DNA of 34,626 bases from an uncultured Clostridium sp. (GCA_964468465.1 CAYXVM010000001.1:1-34626), one strand, 5' to 3'; shown: positions 1 through 9,679, counted from the stretch's first letter. Made by a program: numbers and translations. Notes: generated by a model not told the origin, from the letters alone.

Positions 1-4
1 GGCA

Positions 5-23
5 GCTCCTTTGCCAAAGGAGC
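5..23. repeat. Short GC-rich hairpin, probably the end of an intergenic repeat cut by the window edge
   Basis: GCTCCTTT-gcc-AAAGGAGC is a perfect 8-bp inverted repeat next to the REP cluster. Confidence 0.45.
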
Positions 24-78
24 CCAAACAGATAAGTGTAGTTTTTTCGATAAAACAGCAGAAATCATCGGCAACACC

Positions 79-531
79 GTAGGGGAGAACTGCGTTCTCC
101 CGCTTGAAAACGCACAAATTTTTAAAATCCGTTGAAACGGTTTATGCGGGACGGGCAACCCGTCCCCTACGGTTTTTGCTTGAAAGCGCCTGATATCAGT
201 ACGATTTTCTCGTAGGGAACGCTGTCCTCAGCGTTCCGGGAAATATGAATTGCTAACGGTAAAATCCGTAGGGTTCGGCGTCCCCGACGAACCAATTCGC
301 CATGGGCGAATAATTTGTTGAATTTTTCTATAAATGATATATTCTTAATAAATCCAAAACGGCTGGAGCGAGCCCCCGCCCTACCTTGACTCCTTCAAAA
401 TCCGTTAACTCTGCATTTGGACGATGTGTGCATCATCCACTACAAATTGAAAAATATCCGTAGGGACAACCCTTGCGGCTGTCCGTGAAAAGCAAAAAAA
501 ATGACGGAACGCCGAGGACGGCGTTCCCTAC
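79..531. repeat. Cluster of eight GTAG-family REP-like hairpins
   Basis: Each unit is GTAG plus an 8-9 bp stem and a 3-5 nt loop, at 79-101(+), 148-170(-), 212-237(+), 268-293(+), 361-384(-), 419-443(-), 460-485(+) and 506-531(-), separated by AT-rich spacers. Confidence 0.85.
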
Positions 532-602
532 AAAAAATCGTTATATATCAACAACTTTGTGCAAATAAATGGCGGACGAACACACAGACTACCCCTTAAA
601 TA

Positions 603-644
603 ATTGCACCGCCGTTTACCGAATGGTATGCACGGCGGTGCGAT
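603..644 (-). terminator. Hairpin downstream of the AraC gene, likely terminator
   Basis: Inverted repeat attgcaccgccgt...acggcggtgcgat, about 30 nt after the stop at 676. Confidence 0.55.
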
Positions 645-675
645 AGGTAGCCTATAACTCGATTGAGTATTCGGT

Positions 676-1542
676 TTATTCTGATTTTGAAATCGGAAGA
701 TAGATTTCTATATATCTTTCCTCTCTGTTAATCATAGTCCAGTTTGTAACATAAAGCTGGTTTCGACTATCGTCTAATTGATAACCGGCATCTGACAGCC
801 ACTGATTGTCAATCAGTGAGGAATAGTAAACTTCTTTTAACTGTATTGTTGGATATTTGCATTTTTCGGTTGTTATCTTGGCAAACAATCCACCGTTAAA
901 TTGTACTTTTTCACAGTCATCAGGAATATTGCTGCACTTTGTGCAAATATAGTGAAAATATTTTGATTCATTAACCTTTTTATAGATTTCATACCGGATA
1001 TGATCATCCGTCACCAAATTATTCTGCTGTTTCCTTGTTGACTTCCATGCTTCATCGTCATTATCCCACCGTGTGTCAATATCTTTGTTCATATTGCCTG
1101 CTGCGACTGTTTTAATGCCGATGAAATCACGGCTTTCCAATTCAACTATTTCAAATTTCATTTTGCTTCCTCCGTTTACTTTGATTTCAAGTGTGATTTT
1201 GTTAAAAAGATTAAAATTTGTTTTGCCTTTTTTGACCTCATTCGGATTGACTCCGTGAAATTCCCTGAACGCTCTTGAAAACCCTTCACTGCTGTCATAT
1301 CCGTATTTCAGAGCAATATCAAGAACAGAGCTTTTGCTGTTAATCAGTTCAAAAGCGGAAACGGTTAAACGGCGATTTCTAATGTATTCGCCAACCGTGT
1401 AACCTGTTATTCCGAGAAATGTTTTTTGAAACTGAACAACATTCATAGAGGTGATAGACTGCAATTTAACATTGTCAATTTCACCTGCTAAATTATTCTC
1501 TATGTAGTCAATGCCTTTCTGCAAGCTGTCAACCTGATTCAT
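676..1542 (-). CDS. AraC-family transcriptional regulator with C-terminal GyrI-like effector domain
   Basis: N-terminal double HTH (YIRNRRLT...DIALKYGYDSSEGFSRAFREFHG), C-terminus IEIYLPI, and a GGAGG RBS. Confidence 0.9.
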   Translation of the reverse strand: MNQVDSLQKGIDYIENNLAGEIDNVKLQSITSMNVVQFQKTFLGITGYTVGEYIRNRRLTVSAFELINSKSSVLDIALKYGYDSSEGFSRAFREFHGVNPNEVKKGKTNFNLFNKITLEIKVNGGSKMKFEIVELESRDFIGIKTVAAGNMNKDIDTRWDNDDEAWKSTRKQQNNLVTDDHIRYEIYKKVNESKYFHYICTKCSNIPDDCEKVQFNGGLFAKITTEKCKYPTIQLKEVYYSSLIDNQWLSDAGYQLDDSRNQLYVTNWTMINREERYIEIYLPISKSE

Positions 1543-1597
1543 GCTTGGCCTCCTTTCAACACTATTTTAGTAAACGGATAATAATTTTTCTTGATAT

Positions 1598-2158
1598 TCA
1601 GAATCTATTTTTATCGATTGCGTCTTTGATAATCCTTGCGGCTTCTTTTGCGGATAAATCTGAGTTATCGATTCTTAAATAGTTGCTGAACGGTATTTCC
1701 CCCTCAAAGCTGACAAGACGATGTTTGTTGTCGTCGTCAATCAGTCTTTTATTTGACCAATCAATATCTCTTTTTGACGGCTTATTTTTAAGCCTGTTTT
1801 CAGAGACATTACGCTCAAGCCTTATACTTTGCGGAGCAATAAGCTCAACATAGTAAAATTCGGTGCCGTAAGGCTTGAATATGTTTTTGACATGTTCAAT
1901 ATAGTCCCAATCTTCCTTGCAGTCAAACGCCCACATGAAAGTGAAAATTAAGCCGTATTTATCGGTTTTTGCAAATTCTTCAAACACAATTTCTCTGAAT
2001 CTCTTAACGGCGTTACCGTTAAACTCTCCGAAAATTTCAAGCACGGGTTCAATGCTCATGTGGTTGTGGAATAATCGCAAATCGGTTATTTTAGTCAGCT
2101 CTTGACCAACCGTCATCTTTCCAACTGCGGCGTCACCGAATATGAATACTAATTTCAT
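1598..2158 (-). CDS. P-loop kinase / AAA-family protein (shikimate/nucleotide kinase-like)
   Basis: Walker A variant GDAAVGKMT. The start is reassigned to ATG 2158, which follows a GGAGG RBS; the longer ORF-track start runs through a terminator. Confidence 0.8.
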   Translation of the reverse strand: MKLVFIFGDAAVGKMTVGQELTKITDLRLFHNHMSIEPVLEIFGEFNGNAVKRFREIVFEEFAKTDKYGLIFTFMWAFDCKEDWDYIEHVKNIFKPYGTEFYYVELIAPQSIRLERNVSENRLKNKPSKRDIDWSNKRLIDDDNKHRLVSFEGEIPFSNYLRIDNSDLSAKEAARIIKDAIDKNRF

Positions 2159-2172
2159 CGTTTTTCCTCCTG

Positions 2173-2212
2173 AAAAAAATAACCCGCTGATGAAAAAGTC
2201 CATCAACGGGTT
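2173..2212 (-). terminator. Intrinsic terminator in the 5' leader of the kinase gene (attenuator)
   Basis: Minus strand AACCCGUUGAUG-loop-CAUCAGCGGGUU (12 bp, one G-U), then an A and a 7-U tract, immediately before the RBS. Confidence 0.8.
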
Positions 2213-2232
2213 TGTGAATACAGTAATATATC

Positions 2233-2322
2233 TTACACCGAAAATGAACACAGCAAAATTAATCCATGCGATCTGCGCATAGATTCCATAGCTCTGTTGA
2301 GTTCATTCCTCTTTGTGAACAT
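2233..2322 (-). CDS. Putative 29-aa leader peptide MFTKRNELNRAMESMRRSHGLILLCSFSV
   Basis: GAAAGGT RBS then ATG at 2322, TAA at 2233-2235. It lies between a sigmaA promoter and the leader terminator. Confidence 0.6.
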   Translation of the reverse strand: MFTKRNELNRAMESMRRSHGLILLCSFSV

Positions 2323-2350
2323 ATATAATTACCTTTCGTTATTTTAGCTA

Positions 2351-2379
2351 ATACTAACACTAAAAAACCGATTTGTCAA
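2351..2379 (-). promoter_or_regulatory. SigmaA promoter for leader/kinase/AraC
   Basis: TTGACA-17 bp-TAGTAT with an extended -10 TG. Confidence 0.7.
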
Positions 2380-2465
2380 ATGCTTTTTACGAGTCTTAGC
2401 GGTAATATAAAAATCTGTATTGAATATACTTATGTTTGAAGTGATGATTAACGGAGGTAGAGGGT

Positions 2466-2999
2466 TTGAGCAAACAGTTAAAGCGTTGGCAGGCTGCGGG
2501 TTTTATTTTTACGGCAACGGCGGGAACGCTTCTCCATTTTGTCTATGGTTGGAGCAATCAAAGTGTCATTGCCGCACCGTTTGCGGCGGTGAATGAATCA
2601 ACATGGGAGCACATGAAACTGCTGTTTTTCCCGATGTTTGTTTTTGCATTCATTGAATACCTTTTTATCGGCAGAAAATATGAAAACTTCGGGGCTTCAA
2701 AGCTTGCGGGAATAAGTCTCGGGCTTGTGCTGATTCCCGTGCTGTATTACACCTGCGTCGGTGCTTTCGGAAATGCACCGGGTTGGTTTAATATATTAAC
2801 CTTCCTGGTGGCTGATGCGGCGGCGTATCTTCTTGAAACCCGAATTATGAGCCGAAAATCCGTTCCGAGTGCTTTGAATGTGATTGCTGTTGTTATTCTG
2901 TGTCTCATTGCGCTTGCTTTTGTGATTCTGACATTTGTTCAGCCGAAAATTCCGCTTTTTGAGGACCCTGTCGGTTCGTTCTTTGGAATAAAGAAATAA
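2466..2999 (+). CDS. Membrane protein, DUF6512-like
   Basis: About five hydrophobic segments, motifs GTLLHFVY and NESTWEHMKLLFFP, GGAGG RBS with TTG start. Confidence 0.7.
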   Translation: MSKQLKRWQAAGFIFTATAGTLLHFVYGWSNQSVIAAPFAAVNESTWEHMKLLFFPMFVFAFIEYLFIGRKYENFGASKLAGISLGLVLIPVLYYTCVGAFGNAPGWFNILTFLVADAAAYLLETRIMSRKSVPSALNVIAVVILCLIALAFVILTFVQPKIPLFEDPVGSFFGIKK

Positions 3000-3000
3000 A

Positions 3001-3047
3001 AAACCCGTCTCATTCCGAATCGGTCGGATGAGACGGATATATTTTTG
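3001..3047. terminator. Bidirectional terminator
   Basis: ccgtctcattccga...tcggatgagacgg flanked by A and T runs, between convergent genes. Confidence 0.7.
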
Positions 3048-3048
3048 C

Positions 3049-4020
3049 CTATTTAAAACTTATTCCTGCGATTTCACGGATTTGCTTCATAACCCTGCTG
3101 ACCTGCAGGGCTTTTTCTTTGGCTTCCGCATATAGCGGGTCGGAGGGGTCGGCAATGAAAGCTTCAAATTTCTGTGCCTCATAGCCCATGAGCCGATCCT
3201 TGGGAACATCGCCGATGATTTCGGTGATATTGCCGTCATTATCGGAGAGTTTCAGGTTGACAAGCTTGGATATCGATTCGGTGAAAACCGTGCCGTTATC
3301 GCCCATTATCTCGGAACCGAGCCTGCTCTGACCGAGCTTTGAATATGTCAATGTGACTGTTTTATCGGGATAAATGAACGAGGCGTTTCCGCCGCCGTCA
3401 GCTCCGCTTGCCATGAAATCGGCGCAGGCGGTTATTTTTTCGGGCATTCCGAAAAGGTCAAGTGCGGGATAAACGCAGTAGATACCCAAATCCATCAGAC
3501 AGCCCGTTGCAAGTGCAGGATTGAATATATTCTGAAGCTCTCCCGCAAGGTAGGCGGGATAATTTGAAGAAAGCTGTGAAAAATCAAAGCGTGCGCTTGC
3601 AATTCTGCCGATTTTTGAAACCGCATCTTTGAGAAGCTGTCTTGCGGGGTTGAACATGTGCATGATGGCTTCAATATAGATAAGCCCCTTTTCGGCGGCA
3701 AGCGTCTGAAGCTCCTCAAGCTCAGACGGCTCAACGGTTATCGGCTTTTCACAGATAACATGCTTACCGCTTTCAAGCATAAGCTTTGACTGCGGATAAT
3801 GCAGAGCGTTGGGGCTTGCAATATAAACCGCTTCAAAATCGCCGTTGACAAATTCTTCAAGGTCGGTGAAAACCTTGGGTATTCCGTTTTCGGCCGCAAA
3901 TTTGCCGCCGCTTTCTTCCGTTCTTGAATAAACAGCGCAGAATTCGGCGTTTGTCAGCAGTCTTGCGCCGTCAATGAACGCTTTTGCAATCCAGCCTGTT
4001 CCGATAACTCCGTATCTCAT
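3049..4020 (-). CDS. Gfo/Idh/MocA-family oxidoreductase
   Basis: GVIGTGWIA Rossmann motif, VYIASPNALH, HVICEKP, MDLGIY. Confidence 0.9.
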   Translation of the reverse strand: MRYGVIGTGWIAKAFIDGARLLTNAEFCAVYSRTEESGGKFAAENGIPKVFTDLEEFVNGDFEAVYIASPNALHYPQSKLMLESGKHVICEKPITVEPSELEELQTLAAEKGLIYIEAIMHMFNPARQLLKDAVSKIGRIASARFDFSQLSSNYPAYLAGELQNIFNPALATGCLMDLGIYCVYPALDLFGMPEKITACADFMASGADGGGNASFIYPDKTVTLTYSKLGQSRLGSEIMGDNGTVFTESISKLVNLKLSDNDGNITEIIGDVPKDRLMGYEAQKFEAFIADPSDPLYAEAKEKALQVSRVMKQIREIAGISFK

Positions 4021-4580
4021 TAATTCAGCTCCTTTGCCATTGCCGTGCCTTCGCCGATTCGGCGCAGCACCTTAAAGCCGTTTTTCTTATAAAAATTGAT
4101 TGCCTTAACATTTCCCGTGCCGACTATCAGCATAACGCCTTTCGAGCCTTTGGATTTCAGCTTTTCGAGAAGCATTTGTATCATTTTTGAGCCGTTTCCG
4201 CCGCCTCTGAATCCGCTGTTAAGGTCAATGTGAAGATGTGAGGGATATTTCTTTGAATAAGCGGCGTAGGCGAGATATTCCCCGAATGCTTCGGAGCAGT
4301 TGACGAATCCCGTTTTGAGTATTTTTTTCAGATAAGGGCGGAATGCCTTTGAATATGCTTTATAATTCTCGGCGCAGAGGATATAGCCCTGTGCCCTGTC
4401 GCTGTCATCGGTCAGAACAAAGGCGTTCTGCGGCTCGTTTTCAATATAATAATCGCAATATGCCGAAAGGATATATTCCCTCATTTTCGGGTCGGTCAGC
4501 GCTGAATTCGGACCTGTTTCAAGGCAAATTTGCCGAACGGCTTCACGGTGTTCGGGCTTATAGCTTTTTATTTCCGCCAT
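4020..4580 (-). CDS. GNAT-family N-acetyltransferase
   Basis: HLHIDL..FRGGGNG acetyl-CoA motif and NVKAINFYKKNGF. Confidence 0.85.
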   Translation of the reverse strand: MAEIKSYKPEHREAVRQICLETGPNSALTDPKMREYILSAYCDYYIENEPQNAFVLTDDSDRAQGYILCAENYKAYSKAFRPYLKKILKTGFVNCSEAFGEYLAYAAYSKKYPSHLHIDLNSGFRGGGNGSKMIQMLLEKLKSKGSKGVMLIVGTGNVKAINFYKKNGFKVLRRIGEGTAMAKELN

Positions 4581-4592
4581 AGAGTAACCTCG

Positions 4593-6743
4593 TTAAATCT
4601 CAATATTAAATACTTTTTCTCCGCTGAACGGAGCTTTGATTCCGTTATGTTCAAACACGGCTTCTATTCTCGGGTCGGCAAAGACCTTAACGGTTGCACT
4701 TTTTTCATCTTTGACATATTCAACCGAGATTATGCCGTTTTCGGTTGTGATGTGACCCTTTGCACTGTTAAGTCCGTCAACGAAGCGGGGAGAAATAACG
4801 GCTTTTTTATAGCCTGCTTCGCCCTCGGGCTGACGGATGCCGAGAAGATACATAAACAGATATTTTGTTGCGGCGCCGAACATCGGATGATTCTGAGATT
4901 CAATTCCCGACCAGTATTCCCAAATCGTTGTTGCTCCGCTTGCCGCCTCTTTGCCGAATGAGTTTTCGCCCTCGTTTGAAAGCAGGTCAAAGGCAAGCTG
5001 ATCCTCGCCGTTTTCAAACAGCACGCCGATGAGCGCTTCGGTGGCGATGATTCCCGTGTCGAAGGTGCCGAGTTTTTTATATTTTTCCGTTATGACCTTC
5101 AGCGTTTTTTCGTCGCCGAGACCTATTCTCAGCGCAAGGCAGGATGCGCCCTGAATGTCGCCGATATAGGTGTGGCTGAACGGGCTGAAATAGGCAACAT
5201 CAATTGCCTTTTTAACTCTTTCAATTCTCTCGTTAAGATGAGCGGCTTCGCTCTGCCTGCCGAGAATTTCGGCGGCTTCAAGAGTTTGCTGCATGAATCT
5301 GACATAAAGGCAGGTGTTGACATAGGATTCGGGGATTTTTATTTCGTCGGGAGTGCACCAGTCGCCGAGGCACCAGCCGCCCTCCTCCTCACGGCAGACA
5401 AGCCCGTTTTCGCTTCTGCTTTCAAGATAATCAAGGAAGCGGAGCATTTTTGGAAAAAATTCATTAAGCAGGTCTTTGTCGCCGTAGGTCTTGTAGAATT
5501 TCATCGGCACTTCAACGATTGCGCCGCCCCAGCCCGACGGGCCTCCGCCGCCGCCCATGAGCGGTGCCGTGTGTTGAATATGGCCACTGACTTTGCATTG
5601 GCAGTCTGAAATATCATAGAGCCATTTGCGATAAAATTCACGGCTGTCAAGCATCATCATCGCCGCTTCGCAGCAAAGCTGACCGTCGCCCGTGTAGCCG
5701 AGCCGCTCTCTGTGAGGGCAGTCGGAGGGAACGCCGCTGTGCATGTTGCAAAGCTGAGTTCTGATGTAGGCGGAATAAAGCCAGTTCAGAACCGAATTGT
5801 CACATTCAAACGATGAGGTGACGGGGCAGTCGGAATGAACGACATCAACTCTGAGCGGCTTTGCACCTTTTACCTTGAAATATCTGAAGCCGTGCCATGT
5901 GAAATGCGGAATATATTCCGCTTCCTCGCCGCCGCAGATGAATTCATCCTGCTGATAGCCGTCTTCAAAATGTATGCCGTATTTTTTCGGTGAGCTGTCA
6001 AGCACTTCGGCATAATTAACGGTGATTTTGTTCCCTTTTTCACCGCTTTTGAATACGGCGTAGCCAACCGTGTTTTCGCCTGCGTCATAAAGGTCTGCGC
6101 CGTCAACCGTGCCGATAAGCTTCGGTTCAATCGAGCGGATAACCTTGTCGGCAGGGGAGGTCTGAATATAAAATTCGCTCTCGGGAGCGGGAATTTCACG
6201 GCTTTCGGCAAAATCGCCGCTCGTGGGGCAGAGCGTGTAATCATGCTTTTCGCCGTTGTAAAGATTATTTTCGGTTATAAAGCCCGTGTGAGAAAGCGTT
6301 GAAGCGTCGCAGAGAACGGCTCCGCTCTCCTTTTCAATTATATAACAGAGCTTTGGCGTTCCGAAAACGACGCCGCCCTCGGCATGGCGGGAATGCTGGT
6401 TATAATAGCCGTTGCCGAGCATGACGGCAAGAGTGTTTTCGCCATGAATCAAATAATCCGAAATGTCATATTCCATGCAATATATTCTGTGGCTGAGCTT
6501 ATCGGTGATTTTATAATAAAGCTTGGTCAGGTCACGCTCCGAATAATCCGTGGCGTTCGGAACAAGAAGATCGTCGCTGACCTTTTTGCCGTTAATGAAA
6601 AGCTTGAAAAAGCCGAGACCGCAGATGATAATCCGAGCCTTTTCGCCTTTTTCGGCATTGAAAGTTTTTTTGAAAATCGGTGCTTCCGAAGAAGCGGCGC
6701 ATTCTATCCATTTTGCGCCCTTGAACATGCGGTCATGTGTCAT
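4593..6743 (-). CDS. GH78 alpha-L-rhamnosidase-family glycosidase
   Basis: FTWHGFRY, PSDCPHRERLGYTGD, LGDW, GATTIWEYW, SQNHPMFG. Start set at ATG 6743 after a CAGGAG RBS. Confidence 0.9.
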   Translation of the reverse strand: MTHDRMFKGAKWIECAASSEAPIFKKTFNAEKGEKARIIICGLGFFKLFINGKKVSDDLLVPNATDYSERDLTKLYYKITDKLSHRIYCMEYDISDYLIHGENTLAVMLGNGYYNQHSRHAEGGVVFGTPKLCYIIEKESGAVLCDASTLSHTGFITENNLYNGEKHDYTLCPTSGDFAESREIPAPESEFYIQTSPADKVIRSIEPKLIGTVDGADLYDAGENTVGYAVFKSGEKGNKITVNYAEVLDSSPKKYGIHFEDGYQQDEFICGGEEAEYIPHFTWHGFRYFKVKGAKPLRVDVVHSDCPVTSSFECDNSVLNWLYSAYIRTQLCNMHSGVPSDCPHRERLGYTGDGQLCCEAAMMMLDSREFYRKWLYDISDCQCKVSGHIQHTAPLMGGGGGPSGWGGAIVEVPMKFYKTYGDKDLLNEFFPKMLRFLDYLESRSENGLVCREEEGGWCLGDWCTPDEIKIPESYVNTCLYVRFMQQTLEAAEILGRQSEAAHLNERIERVKKAIDVAYFSPFSHTYIGDIQGASCLALRIGLGDEKTLKVITEKYKKLGTFDTGIIATEALIGVLFENGEDQLAFDLLSNEGENSFGKEAASGATTIWEYWSGIESQNHPMFGAATKYLFMYLLGIRQPEGEAGYKKAVISPRFVDGLNSAKGHITTENGIISVEYVKDEKSATVKVFADPRIEAVFEHNGIKAPFSGEKVFNIEI

Positions 6744-6744
6744 T

Positions 6745-8661
6745 TTATATCTCCTGTTCATTTAGCTCTGCGAGCCGTGAATTCATCTGTTCCCATTCGT
6801 CCATGATTTCAAGCTGTTTATCGGTCAGCTCCTCAAGCTCTTTTGTCAGGGCGATAACCTTTTCGTAGTCCGCCGAGACCTCGGGCGTTGAAAGCATTCC
6901 GTTCAGCTCGGCAATCTCGCTGTCGAGCCGTTCGATTTCAGCTTCGGTGCGGCTGATTTTGCCTTTCAGGCGGTTGATTTCGCTTTCACGCTCCTTGCGA
7001 AGCTTATATAAATTAACCTTTTGTTCCGCCTTTTTGGGCTTTTCCTTTGCCTGCGCAAGAGCAAACTGTGCGTAGTCGTTATAGTCTCCGTCGAATTTTT
7101 CAAAGCCGTCAGGGGTCATGCGATAAATTTTGGTTGAAAGCTTATTGATAAAATATCTGTCATGCGAAACGGCAATAATCGTGCCGTCAAAGTCTGAAAG
7201 AGCCGCTTCAAGCACCTCTCTTGACGGAATGTCAAGGTGATTTGTCGGCTCATCGAGCAGAAGCACATTTGCGCCCGAAAGCATGAGTTTCAGCAGGCAG
7301 AGCTTGGCTTTTTCTCCGCCGCTCAGGCTGTCAACATTTTTGAAAACATCGTCGCCCCTGAAAAGAAACAGCGCAAGGTAGCTTCTGACGGTGGTTTCGT
7401 TGAAAGAACGGTGCTCGTCCCAGATCTCATCAATAACGGTTTTTCCGCCTCTGAGGCTTTCAAGGCTTTGATCAAAATAGCCGATTTTGACATTTGTGCC
7501 GAATGAAAAGCTGCCGTCATCGGCTCTCTGCTGACGGGTCAGAATGCGTAGAAGCGTTGTTTTGCCGCAACCGTTTGAGCCGAGGACGAAAACACGCTCA
7601 TTTTTATATACTTCCATATCTGCCGAACTGAAAAGGCGTTTTTCGGCGAACGATTTTGAAAGACCTTTTACGAAAAGCACATCATTGCCCGTTTCGCACT
7701 CGGGAGTGAATTTCATTCTCATTTTTGAAAGCGGCGGGTCGGGAACTACAAGCTCTGCTTTTTTCTTTTCGAGCATCTTGCGCTTGCTTTCGGCTGTTAT
7801 GAAATTGCGCTCTCTTGCAAAAGAACGCTGCTGTTCAATGATGCCCTCAATGCGTTTGATTTCGGCAATCTGATTTTCATATTGGCGGCGTTCGCTCTCA
7901 AGGCGTTCCTCTTTAAGCTTCAGATAAGCCGAATAATTTCCTTTTGACCAATGGCTTTTGCGCCCCGATATTTCAACGGTTTTGTTGGTTACTCTGTCGA
8001 GAAAATATCGGTCATGGGAAATAACGATAATTGTGCCTTTGAAGCCCGAAAGAAAGCTTTCAAGCCATTCCGTTCCCGCAATGTCAAGATGGTTTGTCGG
8101 CTCATCAAGCAGAAGCAGGTCGGATCCGCTCAGAAGCAGCTTGCACATGCTCAGCTTTGACCGCTGACCGCCGCTGAGCTTATCGCAGGTCAGCGAAAAA
8201 TCGTTTTCGGAAAAACCGAGACCGAGCAGGGCGGAACGGGTTCGGCTGCGGTAGGTCAGACCCTCCGAAGCCTGAAACTGCTCGTTAAGGCGGTTTTGCA
8301 TCTCGATAAGTCCGTCTCTGTCGCCGCTTCCGTTTTCGAGAGCGCAGGCGATTTCTTCAAGCTGTTTTTCCGTCTCCATGAGAGGCTGAAAAATGCTTAA
8401 AGCTTCGTCATAAACCATTCTGACAGAGCCTTGGCAGGCGTGCTGTTCAAGATAGCCGACCTTGATGTTTTTGCCGACAAATGCGCCGCCGTCGCTCGCT
8501 TCGGTTTCGCCGGTTATGATTTTGAAAAGCGTTGTTTTGCCCGTTCCGTTTGCGCCGATAAGCCCGACTCTGTCGCCGGGATTGACATCAAACGAAATGT
8601 TTTCAAACAGCACCTTACCGCCGAAATCCTTTTTCAAATTCTGAATACTGACAACTGACAT
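6745..8661 (-). CDS. ABC-F family ATP-binding protein (two NBDs, no TM domain, C-terminal coiled coil)
   Basis: GANGTGKT and GSNGCGKT Walker A, LSGGQ and LSGGE, LLDEPTNHLD twice, SHDRYF twice. Confidence 0.92.
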   Translation of the reverse strand: MSVVSIQNLKKDFGGKVLFENISFDVNPGDRVGLIGANGTGKTTLFKIITGETEASDGGAFVGKNIKVGYLEQHACQGSVRMVYDEALSIFQPLMETEKQLEEIACALENGSGDRDGLIEMQNRLNEQFQASEGLTYRSRTRSALLGLGFSENDFSLTCDKLSGGQRSKLSMCKLLLSGSDLLLLDEPTNHLDIAGTEWLESFLSGFKGTIIVISHDRYFLDRVTNKTVEISGRKSHWSKGNYSAYLKLKEERLESERRQYENQIAEIKRIEGIIEQQRSFARERNFITAESKRKMLEKKKAELVVPDPPLSKMRMKFTPECETGNDVLFVKGLSKSFAEKRLFSSADMEVYKNERVFVLGSNGCGKTTLLRILTRQQRADDGSFSFGTNVKIGYFDQSLESLRGGKTVIDEIWDEHRSFNETTVRSYLALFLFRGDDVFKNVDSLSGGEKAKLCLLKLMLSGANVLLLDEPTNHLDIPSREVLEAALSDFDGTIIAVSHDRYFINKLSTKIYRMTPDGFEKFDGDYNDYAQFALAQAKEKPKKAEQKVNLYKLRKERESEINRLKGKISRTEAEIERLDSEIAELNGMLSTPEVSADYEKVIALTKELEELTDKQLEIMDEWEQMNSRLAELNEQEI

Positions 8662-8670
8662 ATTAAATCC

Positions 8671-9630
8671 TTAAATTCTTGTTTCAATAATTTCAAGCTT
8701 ACCCGAAAGCTTGTATTCTCCCGCACCCGCAGGGATGAAAATGCTGTCGCCCTTTTTGAGCGTCAAGGTCTCGCCGCAGCAGTCAAGAGAGCCGTTTCCG
8801 TCCATGACAAGCAGGGAAACAAAGGAGCTTTCGTCCGCTTTTTCGCTGAATTCTCCGTCCATTTCAAGCTTCCAGACCTTGAAAAGCGGGCAATCTGCAA
8901 GAAGCTTTCTTTCAGGCGTGTCAAGTGAACTGCCTTTACAAAAATAGGGCTGAGAGTATTTTTCAAGCTTTGTGACCTCAACTGCGTCCGCAACATGCAA
9001 TTCCCTTGGTTTTCCGTCGTTTCCGAGGCGGTTATAGTCATAAATTCTGTAGGTTGTATTGGAGCTTTCCTGCACTTCCGCAAGTAATATACCTTTACAG
9101 ATAGCGTGGAGAGTTCCCGACTCAATGAAGAAGAAATCGCCCTTTTTAACCTTGACGGAGCTGACATAATCCGTCAGAGTGTTGCTCTCGATTGCCGCCT
9201 TGAACTGCTCGGGTGTTATCTTGTCCTTAAAGCCGAGCAGAAGTCTTGCATCCTCATCGCAGTCAATGATATACCAGCACTCGGTCTTGCTCTGACCTCT
9301 GCCCGTTTTTTCGCAGTATTCCTTTGTGGGATGAACCTGAACGGAAAGGTCGTCTCTTGCGTCAATGAATTTTATGAGAATAGGAAAGTCGTCGAATTTT
9401 TCGGCGTTCTTTCCGCAAATTTCGGGATGCTTTGAAACAATTTCGGGGAGGGGCATTCCTGCAAATTCTCCGTTTGCCGCCGTGCTTGCTCCCGCCTCAT
9501 GGCAGGAGAGCATCCAGCCCTCAGCGGCGTTCTTCTTTTCTGTTTTAACTCCGTATTCTTCAATCAGCTTTCTGCCGCCCCAAATCGTTTCTGAAACATA
9601 GGGGAGCAGTTTTATGGGATATAATTTCAT
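8671..9630 (-). CDS. manA: Type I mannose-6-phosphate isomerase
   Basis: IWGG, FPILIKFIDA, LSVQVHP, KTECWY, GTLHAI, EVQESSNTTYRIYDYNR. Start at ATG 9630 after GGAGG. Confidence 0.9.
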   Translation of the reverse strand: MKLYPIKLLPYVSETIWGGRKLIEEYGVKTEKKNAAEGWMLSCHEAGASTAANGEFAGMPLPEIVSKHPEICGKNAEKFDDFPILIKFIDARDDLSVQVHPTKEYCEKTGRGQSKTECWYIIDCDEDARLLLGFKDKITPEQFKAAIESNTLTDYVSSVKVKKGDFFFIESGTLHAICKGILLAEVQESSNTTYRIYDYNRLGNDGKPRELHVADAVEVTKLEKYSQPYFCKGSSLDTPERKLLADCPLFKVWKLEMDGEFSEKADESSFVSLLVMDGNGSLDCCGETLTLKKGDSIFIPAGAGEYKLSGKLEIIETRI

Positions 9631-9679
9631 TATTTTTTCCTCCAAAGCCATGGAATTGTATTTAATCTGTATTATTCTA

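Noticed and set aside
79-531. Possible CRISPR array
   Set aside because: Units differ in sequence, occur in both orientations, are irregularly spaced, and no cas genes are present. REP-like fits better.
2159-2345. T-box riboswitch in the kinase leader
   Set aside because: No GGTGGnACCGCG T-box motif before the terminator, and the leader is short and contains a uORF.
6745-8661. ABC-F as an antibiotic resistance gene
   Set aside because: It is embedded in a housekeeping run with no attenuator and has a Uup/YdiF-like C-terminal coiled coil. Nothing supports an ARE subfamily without phylogeny.
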